Both the position numbers and the translations under genes were made by a program. Positions 54,645 to 61,974 of a stretch of 64,000 nucleotides of DNA are shown one piece after another. Where the stretch lies: the NCBI GenBank assembly GCA_046481675.1, contig JAWOJJ010000141.1, positions 3,100 to 67,099 on the forward strand, in the 5' to 3' direction. The DNA comes from Bacteroidales bacterium (GTDB taxonomy: Bacteria; Bacteroidota; Bacteroidia; Bacteroidales; UBA10428). The notes below the pieces were generated by a model, which worked only from the letters and a program-made list of their open reading frames with translations, was not told the DNA's origin and did not search any database. Numbering within the stretch: the stretch's first letter is position 1; each line of letters opens with the position of its first letter.

Positions 54645-57600
54645 TCAATTGCTGCTTTCCTGTTCCGCCGGTGCGTATACGGGAATCTCAAAAACAAAAG
54701 TTGTGCCATGGTTCACCCGGGTTTTAAAAGTGATTGTTCCGCCAAACGATTCGATGCTGCTTTTCACAATGGATAAGCCCAAGCCCATGCCACTGGATTT
54801 GGTGGTGAAACTGGGAGTAAACATTTTGTCCTGCAATTCTTCAGGAATTCCCTTTCCGTTGTCGGTGATGCTCACCCGCACCATCTTGCCGCTCAGGATC
54901 ACACTTACGCTTACCTTTCCCTGCCGGTTATCGGGGATCGACTGAATGGCGTTCTTGATCAGGTTGATAAATACCCTGGAAAGCTGTTCTTTATCTGCAA
55001 ATACGATGATCTGATCACTTTCGTGTTCAAATACGAAATCCACATTTTCGGTGTTGGCAAATAAGTTAAGTGTCGATCTCACCTTATCCACTATATTGAT
55101 TTCCTCATTAAAAGCCTTGGGCATTTTTGCAAAATTGCTGAATTCAGAGGCAATAAACGAAAGGTTGTCTATTTGCTCTATCAGGGTCCGGGTAACCTTG
55201 TCCAGGTACTCCTCAAAATTATCGCGGTTATCCCGCCAGGTCCGCTGCAGGTGTTGAACGCTCAGCTTCATGGGCGTAAGCGGGTTTTTTATTTCATGGG
55301 CAATCTGTTTGGCCATCTCACGCCATGCACTTTCGCGTTCCGAACGCGACAGCATTTCAAGACTCTTAACCAACTCCTGAACCATGCGGTTGTATTCATC
55401 TACCAGGCCGGCAATTTCATCATGACCTTTATAATAAATCTGCTCATTTTTACGACCTATCTTGATCTCGCTGAATTTCTTCTGAATCAGCCGCAACGGC
55501 CTGGTTATCTGATCCGAAATAAAAGCAGTCATGGCAATGGTGATCAGAATCAGCAGTACATAAACATTGATAATGGCTACCACAAGTGTGGTGACATCAT
55601 TCCGCAATACATTCTGCCTGGTAAAATAAGGCAGATTGAGGTAAGCCAGCAGTTTGTTCTGTGCATTCACAAAAGGAACATAAGCGGATAGAAAGGTCAG
55701 GTTACCCACATTTTCAGGGTGAATAAACTCGGCTTGTTTCTCAGTTACCATTTTGCTGTAAGCCCGTGGATCCATCTTACGCCCCAGTATGCCCTTGTCA
55801 AAGAGATCAGAACGGGAGGTAGCGAGCAAATTGCCGTCCGGATCAAAAAGATTGATGTCGGAATAAAACACATCCGAGAATTTGATCAGCAACTGGTTCA
55901 GACTCGCATAATCCTCACTTCTCCAGTCGGGATTGATCCGGTTCGGAAGATAGGCCAGCAAATGATCGAGCTCAACATAAACCGATTGTATTTTTTCACT
56001 GAGAATGTCATGCTGCTTCCGCTGATATTGCTGAATGCTGAAATAAATTGTCCCCCCGCCCACCAGGATCAATGAAAGGAACAAAATGGCCATGATGGAC
56101 AGCTGAATCTTGTTTTTAAAATTGAATGTAAAGTCCTTTCCAAAAGCGGAGTAATTCTTCACCGCAACGTAAATCACTGCCAGTAAGTAAAGGAACAGAA
56201 AGATGTAGGAAAACGAAACCAGCTTATCAAAAAATGTGGCGGTGGGTTTGCTCACCATCACCGCATTGTCTTTATTCACATAATAAATCAGGTGATTGTA
56301 TCCTTCAAACTTATCGCTCCGGTTTTTATAGGTATTCAGGTCGAGGCTGTATTGGAATGTCCCCGACTGCGTAACCAGCTGATTTTTATTGTAGCGTGCA
56401 AAGGAATAGGCTTCCAGTAATTTGTTCTTTTGATATTTTTTATCGAGCAATACATCGGGAAATCCGAGTTCTTCTGCTACCAGCCTTGATGAAAGCTCCA
56501 GGTAAAAACTCAATTCGTTCCGGTACCCGGGTTGTTTGTACTTCAGCCATCCGAGATAATTGATCTGGCCATTCTGGATGTCCAGGTAATAATAGTCGGT
56601 GCCGGGAAGCTGCATGCTGCCACCCGACAACATGTCGGCATAATAATCATAACAATTCACCCATTGGCTCACTGAATCTTCATCAACAAGAATGTTGACA
56701 TCGGGTTCACAAACCTGAAAACGGATCTTGTACTTCCCCCAGAAACCATTGAAGTACCGGTTTCGCAGATAATTAAAAATCTGGTCGTCAGGAACCTGTG
56801 AAAAAAGATACCGCTGAAAGGTTTCATCGTTGCTGAGTTTTTCGCTGATATCATAAAGCAGGTATTCAGCCACGGGATCATGCTGGGTAGCCAGATTGCT
56901 GGCCAATACCCGCATGTTGTTCATCAATTTTTGCCGGGTGTAGTTCGAAAAGAAATAAACGGAATAAACCGAAAAGAACATGACCATAAATGCCATGGTG
57001 GTGAAATTTCCGGCCGGCATGTTCCGGTATTTAGTGAAAGCCAGCATGGCAAACAGCATCATAAAAGCCACGTAAGATCCATAGTCGAGCCGGTAGCCAA
57101 AAAGGCAGAGCAGCAAGAAAATACCTGAACTTACCAGAACAAAAACCAGCAATAACTTAATCAGGCTGCAGGTGAACGGACAAATCGAGAGCAGTTTATT
57201 GGTCAGCAAAAGTAGCCCAATAAAATGTATAGCCGTGATGGTAAGCCCGATAACCGTGTAAACGCCCAATGAAGCTACCCTGTAAAACTCAAAGTTGATG
57301 GTTGAATGCAGGATCAGCGTTGACAGCAGAAAATGGGTGTAAATAAAAAAACAAGTGAGCACAGTAACCATGATCACAACAGCAGCAGGGTTCCCACCCG
57401 GTTTTTCTTTTGCTTTTGGCACCGGGAATGTGAATGCTGAAAAGAATTCGATTATAATAAACAGGATCAGCAGCGTATTGACCAATACGTCGCCCAGTGA
57501 CGGAAGCCATGCTGATTTGGCAAAGGGAACGGGGCCGAATAATTCCAGATCGTAGAGGTTAACCGGAATATGATATCTGTACTGAAGCCAGCGCATTACG

Positions 57601-58310
57601 GCAATCAAAGGAATAAGCATCAGCAGGGCAAGATTCCGCAAGCCCGGTTTCCTGATCCGGCCGATGAAGCTATGAATGAGCAACAGCAAACTAACCAGGG
57701 CCAGCAGAAACATAACCGGGATGAAGTATTTCTCAAAGCCTGCGTATCGGATCTCTTCTCCACTGAACTTAATAGAGAACAGGTAGATGCCTTCCCAATC
57801 CAGAACAGAAAACGAACCCGGCTTTGCTTCGGTATACAATTCTGTAGATGCAGGCAGTTTCAGATCAGGTTGAAAACGGCTTTCCAGGTAATTATTCTCA
57901 TAGGGATATTCGGTTTTTACCAGAATGAGCCCGTATGCCCTTAAGGAATCATTGAGATAAGGTTTTATAACATACCATGCGTTGGAAATAAACTGAAAAT
58001 GCCTTCCGGTAAAGCTGCCCTTGTCAAAAAGTGAAAACGACAGGGAATTATCCGACCAATAAATCAGGCTGTCATTGCGATATGCAAGCACAACTATTCC
58101 TTCGTTTCCCGGGAGGGGTGTGTTGAGTTGCCAGTTGCCGTCCTGCAACTTTTCCACCAACCGGTCAGTGCGCCTGAACTTTTTGTTTATTTCTTTCTGC
58201 AACCGGCGGTGATCGGCTTTTTTATAATGCCAGTTGTCCAGCAGCAGATTCCCGGACACCGCAATCAGCAACAATATCAGAAAGGTAATGATGTATCTGC
58301 CCGTTTTCAT
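54645..58310 (-). CDS. Very large polytopic sensor histidine kinase (NtrY-like H-box; HAMP + HisKA + HATPase_c), no adjacent response regulator
   Basis: The track start at 58346 is a TTG codon; the ATG at 58310 gives MKTGRYIITFLILLLIAVSG. There are many TM helices between aa ~200 and 470, plus two further extracytoplasmic segments. The H-box is AHEIKNPLTPMKLSVQHLQR. The N box is FINLIKNAIQS, G1 is DNGKGIP and G2 is GMGLGLSIV. Confidence 0.88.
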   Translation of the reverse strand: MKTGRYIITFLILLLIAVSGNLLLDNWHYKKADHRRLQKEINKKFRRTDRLVEKLQDGNWQLNTPLPGNEGIVVLAYRNDSLIYWSDNSLSFSLFDKGSFTGRHFQFISNAWYVIKPYLNDSLRAYGLILVKTEYPYENNYLESRFQPDLKLPASTELYTEAKPGSFSVLDWEGIYLFSIKFSGEEIRYAGFEKYFIPVMFLLALVSLLLLIHSFIGRIRKPGLRNLALLMLIPLIAVMRWLQYRYHIPVNLYDLELFGPVPFAKSAWLPSLGDVLVNTLLILFIIIEFFSAFTFPVPKAKEKPGGNPAAVVIMVTVLTCFFIYTHFLLSTLILHSTINFEFYRVASLGVYTVIGLTITAIHFIGLLLLTNKLLSICPFTCSLIKLLLVFVLVSSGIFLLLCLFGYRLDYGSYVAFMMLFAMLAFTKYRNMPAGNFTTMAFMVMFFSVYSVYFFSNYTRQKLMNNMRVLASNLATQHDPVAEYLLYDISEKLSNDETFQRYLFSQVPDDQIFNYLRNRYFNGFWGKYKIRFQVCEPDVNILVDEDSVSQWVNCYDYYADMLSGGSMQLPGTDYYYLDIQNGQINYLGWLKYKQPGYRNELSFYLELSSRLVAEELGFPDVLLDKKYQKNKLLEAYSFARYNKNQLVTQSGTFQYSLDLNTYKNRSDKFEGYNHLIYYVNKDNAVMVSKPTATFFDKLVSFSYIFLFLYLLAVIYVAVKNYSAFGKDFTFNFKNKIQLSIMAILFLSLILVGGGTIYFSIQQYQRKQHDILSEKIQSVYVELDHLLAYLPNRINPDWRSEDYASLNQLLIKFSDVFYSDINLFDPDGNLLATSRSDLFDKGILGRKMDPRAYSKMVTEKQAEFIHPENVGNLTFLSAYVPFVNAQNKLLAYLNLPYFTRQNVLRNDVTTLVVAIINVYVLLILITIAMTAFISDQITRPLRLIQKKFSEIKIGRKNEQIYYKGHDEIAGLVDEYNRMVQELVKSLEMLSRSERESAWREMAKQIAHEIKNPLTPMKLSVQHLQRTWRDNRDNFEEYLDKVTRTLIEQIDNLSFIASEFSNFAKMPKAFNEEINIVDKVRSTLNLFANTENVDFVFEHESDQIIVFADKEQLSRVFINLIKNAIQSIPDNRQGKVSVSVILSGKMVRVSITDNGKGIPEELQDKMFTPSFTTKSSGMGLGLSIVKSSIESFGGTITFKTRVNHGTTFVFEIPVYAPAEQESSN

Positions 58311-58342
58311 AATTATAGCTGGTGCATTATTTGGTTGAGGTT

Positions 58343-58816
58343 TCAAGCATGATGATAAGGTTCTCCCCTGATGATGGTAAAAGCCCTGTAGAGTTGTTCC
58401 AGGAAAACCAGCCGCACCAGCTGATGCGAGAAAGTCATGGACGACAAGGAAATCCGGTGGGGCACTGCCTGATACACCTCTTCAGAAAAACCGTAAGGCC
58501 CGCCGATCACAAATGCCAGGTGACGTGTTCCCCGGTTCATGGCTTGCTGCAGGTATCCCGAGAAAGCTTCCGAACCGTATTGCTTTCCTTCCACATCCAG
58601 CAAAACTGCATGGTCCGATTTTTCAACAGCTGCCAGCAGCATTTTGCCCTCCTGTTCCTTCTGAACCTGAAACGATTGGTTCCTGGATGGTCGTGGTGCG
58701 TTCAGGTAAGTCATTTCAAACGGCACATAGTGCTTCAGCCTTTTTTCATACAGGATAATTCCCTCTTTCAGATATTGATCCTGCGTTACTCCAAGGTTAA
58801 TCACACTAATTTTCAT
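58343..58816 (-). CDS. rlmH: 23S rRNA (pseudouridine1915-N3)-methyltransferase RlmH (SPOUT family)
   Basis: The start is at the ATG at 58816 (MKISVINLGVTQDQYLKEGI...). The C-terminal block reads FVIGGPYGFSEEVYQ...ISLSSMTFSHQLVRLVFLEQLYRAFTIIRGEPYH. Confidence 0.88.
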   Translation of the reverse strand: MKISVINLGVTQDQYLKEGIILYEKRLKHYVPFEMTYLNAPRPSRNQSFQVQKEQEGKMLLAAVEKSDHAVLLDVEGKQYGSEAFSGYLQQAMNRGTRHLAFVIGGPYGFSEEVYQAVPHRISLSSMTFSHQLVRLVFLEQLYRAFTIIRGEPYHHA

Positions 58817-58948
58817 GTTATAATGTTGTTCCGGAATGCAATAGTTGGCCCGGAATTTGTTAATTGATGTTAATTGAATTAAATAATTAAATTTGTGATA
58901 CAAATGATTTTATCATCAGTCAAAAATACTTTATATTTTAAAATAAGC

Positions 58949-59380
58949 ATGATAAACGCCAAGCTGAAGATCAACAGATTTAAGATATTCCTTACCTTAT
59001 TGCTGTTGATGTTACCTATGCAGGTGATAATCAATGCATCGGAATATGACGAAATCCCTTCTGCCATTGTTGAAGCCCTGAAATCAGGCAATGTTGCCCA
59101 TCTTTCGAAATTCTTCAACTCCAGCATTGAACTGGCCATCCCGGGTCAGGAAGATATTTACAGCAGCCAGCAGGCGGAACTCATTGTCAAGAACTTCTTT
59201 ATAAAGCATGTGCCGAATAATTTCGTGATTTTGCACAAGGGCGGAAAAGAAGGAGCACAATATGCCATTGGTAACCTTTCCACCTCAACGGGTAATTACA
59301 GGGTAACCATGCTGATCAAGATGAAAGACAGCAAACCTTTTATACACCAACTCCGATTTGAAGAAGATAATGCCGAATAA
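58949..59380 (+). CDS. DUF4783-like secreted small protein
   Basis: The track start is a GTG codon. ATGs occur at 58904 and 58949; the latter gives a clean signal peptide (MINAKLKINRFKIFLTLLLLMLPMQVIINA). The family assignment is from memory. Confidence 0.55.
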   Translation: MINAKLKINRFKIFLTLLLLMLPMQVIINASEYDEIPSAIVEALKSGNVAHLSKFFNSSIELAIPGQEDIYSSQQAELIVKNFFIKHVPNNFVILHKGGKEGAQYAIGNLSTSTGNYRVTMLIKMKDSKPFIHQLRFEEDNAE

Positions 59381-60218
59381 CTACTTCGACAGATTCATTG
59401 AAAACGCGCTCAAAGAAGATATAGGTGACGGCGATCACACGTCACTCGCCTGTATTCCGGCTGATGCTGCCGGCAAAGCCAAATTGCTGGTTAAGGAAGA
59501 AGGCATCCTCGCCGGCATAACGGCAGCTGAAAAAGTTTTCCGCCAGCTTGAAGAAGATATCCGGCTTGAAATTTTCAGAAAAGACGGAGATCATGTGTGG
59601 CCCATGGATGTTGCTTTTTTTGTGGAAGGTAAGGTCCATACCCTGTTAAAGGCTGAGCGACTTGTTTTAAATATCATGCAACGGATGAGCGGCATCGCCA
59701 CCACCACCCGCCAATATGTTAACCGGCTGGAAGGATTGAAAACCAAAATTCTTGACACCAGAAAAACCACTCCAGGCGTTCGTTTTCTTGAAAAAGAAGC
59801 GGTAAGAATAGGCGGCGGCGTGAATCACAGGATCGGCCTCTATGATATGATCCTGATCAAGGACAACCACATCGATTTTGCCGGAGGCATTGAAAATGCC
59901 ATCAGGCGCACACATGAATATCTTGAAGCTAAGGGTATGCGTCTTCTCATAGAAGTCGAGGCCAGAAGCCTTCAGGATGTCGGCAAAATAATGGAAACAG
60001 GAGGGGTTAACCGCATCATGCTCGACAATTTCGGTATTGACGATACGAAGAAAGCGGTTGAACTGATCGGGGAACAATACGAAACAGAATCTTCGGGCGG
60101 AATTACCATTGAAAACATCAGGGATTATGCCGAATGCGGCGTCGATTATATTTCTGTGGGCGCGCTGACGCATCACATCAAAAGTCTCGACCTGAGTTTA
60201 AAGGCAGTAAATTACTAA
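59370..60218 (+). CDS. nadC: Nicotinate-nucleotide diphosphorylase (carboxylating) / quinolinate phosphoribosyltransferase
   Basis: The track start is a TTG codon; the ATG at 59370 gives MPNNYFDRFIENALKEDIGDGDHTS.... Conserved blocks are ILDTRKTTPGVRFLEKEAVRIGGGVNHRIGLYD and IMLDNF. It overlaps the preceding gene by 11 nt. Confidence 0.9.
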   Translation: MPNNYFDRFIENALKEDIGDGDHTSLACIPADAAGKAKLLVKEEGILAGITAAEKVFRQLEEDIRLEIFRKDGDHVWPMDVAFFVEGKVHTLLKAERLVLNIMQRMSGIATTTRQYVNRLEGLKTKILDTRKTTPGVRFLEKEAVRIGGGVNHRIGLYDMILIKDNHIDFAGGIENAIRRTHEYLEAKGMRLLIEVEARSLQDVGKIMETGGVNRIMLDNFGIDDTKKAVELIGEQYETESSGGITIENIRDYAECGVDYISVGALTHHIKSLDLSLKAVNY

Positions 60219-60222
60219 CCTG

Positions 60223-61167
60223 ATGAGTTCCGAAGGCAGCGGGCGCACATATAAATACTTCGACTCTCATATACACAGGTTGGGCGACCACTGCCGGAAA
60301 ATCAGCTTCCCCGGTTCAAAGGGACTGTCATTTTACGAGGTAGTCAGTCTTTTTATCCAGGGCCTTCTCAAAGGCTCATTGAACATCAGGGCAACGTCCA
60401 TTGCTTTTCATTTCATGCTGGCCCTGGGCCCGGCGGTAATATTTACTGTTGGCCTCATACCCTACCTGCCGTTGCGGAATGTTCAGGTTGGCCTGATGGA
60501 TGTGCTGATCGACATGATTCCCGAAAATTCCTACCTGATGCTTGAATCGCTTTTGCAGGAGGTTTTTAATAAACATCACGGGCTGCAAATCTTCGGATTC
60601 CTGGTAACTATGTTTTTTATACAGAAAGGATTAAACGGCGTCATCGAGGCTTTTAATGCCACTTATCATACGGTGGGATCGCGTCCGTGGTTTGAACGGC
60701 ACATGATATCCCTGGGCTTGTTTGCCATCTTCTTTGTTCTGGTGGCCGTGGCCCTGGTTTTGCTTTTCTTTAATTACATGGGTGTCAAGCATTTACATGA
60801 ATCCGGCATGGTTAAAGCCCAGACTACATTCACCCTGCTGTTGGTAGGTAAATGGGTGGTGGTGCTGGCCGTCACCTACCTGGCAATTTCATTCCTGTAC
60901 TTTCTTGCCCCGGCGCGCAAAACCAAGTGGCGCCTGTTCACACCGGGGTCCATTTTTGCCACATTGCTGTCAATCATCACTTCCTTTGCATTTTCCTATT
61001 TTGTGAACCATTTTGCACCCTTCAACCGTTTCTACGGATCGGTAGGCACCCTGATTGCCGTAATGCTTTGGATGAACTTCAACGCACTGGCCCTGCTGGC
61101 CGGCTTTGAGTTGAATGCCAGTATCAAAAACGCCCGGTTTAAAAAGCTTGAACCTTCGGTGATTTGA
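60223..61167 (+). CDS. YihY/BrkB-family inner-membrane protein
   Basis: 314 aa and polytopic. Blocks such as ...AFHFMLALGPAVIF..., YGSVGTLIAVMLWMNFNALALLAGFELNA are typical of the YihY (formerly 'RNase BN') family. Confidence 0.78.
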   Translation: MSSEGSGRTYKYFDSHIHRLGDHCRKISFPGSKGLSFYEVVSLFIQGLLKGSLNIRATSIAFHFMLALGPAVIFTVGLIPYLPLRNVQVGLMDVLIDMIPENSYLMLESLLQEVFNKHHGLQIFGFLVTMFFIQKGLNGVIEAFNATYHTVGSRPWFERHMISLGLFAIFFVLVAVALVLLFFNYMGVKHLHESGMVKAQTTFTLLLVGKWVVVLAVTYLAISFLYFLAPARKTKWRLFTPGSIFATLLSIITSFAFSYFVNHFAPFNRFYGSVGTLIAVMLWMNFNALALLAGFELNASIKNARFKKLEPSVI

Positions 61168-61188
61168 GTTGTTGTATGGTTAACAACC

Positions 61189-61833
61189 ATGCATATGACA
61201 GCACTACACGATATCCGCAGGGAATACGCGCAATCGCGTCTCGACATTGACCATCTTGATCCCGATCCGCTGGTACAGTTCCGTTTCTGGCTCAATGATG
61301 CCATGAAGGCGGAGGTGCCTGAACCCACGGCTATGGTTCTTTCCACATCATTGCCGGGACAGCGCATATCGTCGCGTGTGGTATTGCTGAAAGATATAGA
61401 CGGCGACGGGTTTACCTTTTTCACCAATTACCAGAGCAATAAGGCGCAGCAGATTGAAGCCAATCCGGCCGGGGCCTTGCTGTTTTTCTGGCCTGAGTTG
61501 GAAAGGCAGGTGCGGATTGAAGGAAAGATATTGAAAGAACAGCAGCATAAATCAGATGAATATTTCAAAAGCCGTCCCGAGGGCAGTAAAATAGGTGCAT
61601 GGGCTTCACCCCAGAGCCGCCGCGTGCCCAACAGGGAATACCTTGAAAATTTGCAGCAGGACTACCTGAAGCTTTTTAAAAGCAGGGCTCTTGAAAGACC
61701 GGAATACTGGGGCGGTTACAAGCTCATCCCCAACCTGGTTGAATTCTGGCAGGGCAGGGAAAACAGGCTGCACGACCGGTTTGAGTATACCCGGAACGGC
61801 GGGACGTGGGAGGTGTTTAGGCTGGCGCCGTGA
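61189..61833 (+). CDS. pdxH: Pyridoxamine 5'-phosphate oxidase
   Basis: 214 aa. Conserved blocks are RVVLLKDIDGDGFTFFTNYQSNKAQQIEANP, FFWPELERQVRIEG and VEFWQGRENRLHDRFEY. Confidence 0.92.
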   Translation: MHMTALHDIRREYAQSRLDIDHLDPDPLVQFRFWLNDAMKAEVPEPTAMVLSTSLPGQRISSRVVLLKDIDGDGFTFFTNYQSNKAQQIEANPAGALLFFWPELERQVRIEGKILKEQQHKSDEYFKSRPEGSKIGAWASPQSRRVPNREYLENLQQDYLKLFKSRALERPEYWGGYKLIPNLVEFWQGRENRLHDRFEYTRNGGTWEVFRLAP

Positions 61834-61845
61834 AGCAGGGACAGA

Positions 61846-61873
61846 TTCAAGATACAAGAGCCAAGAGTCAAGA
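61846..61873. repeat. Four tandem heptamers NNCAAGA
   Basis: The sequence is ttCAAGA taCAAGA gcCAAGA gtCAAGA (CAAGA at 61848, 61855, 61862, 61869). It lies in the pdxH/valS convergent spacer. Confidence 0.85.
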
Positions 61874-61886
61874 CAGGCTCAAGTTA

Positions 61887-61920
61887 GGCTCAGGCTGTGC
61901 CTGAGTCGTTTCTATGTTTC
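61887..61920 (+). terminator. Candidate terminator hairpin after pdxH
   Basis: The sequence is ggctcaggc-tgt-gcctgagtc (9-bp stem including one G-U pair) followed by gtttctatgttt. The T-tract is interrupted. Confidence 0.4.
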
Positions 61921-61974
61921 CAGGCTATGCCTGCTTATGATAAGGCCAACAATTATGAATTCTGTTTCTGAGAA

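Noticed and set aside
58322-58867. A 181-aa plus-strand ORF antisense to rlmH. ORFs at 62965-63702 and 62506-62913 are likewise antisense to valS.
   Set aside because: These are shadows of highly conserved housekeeping genes on the opposite strand.
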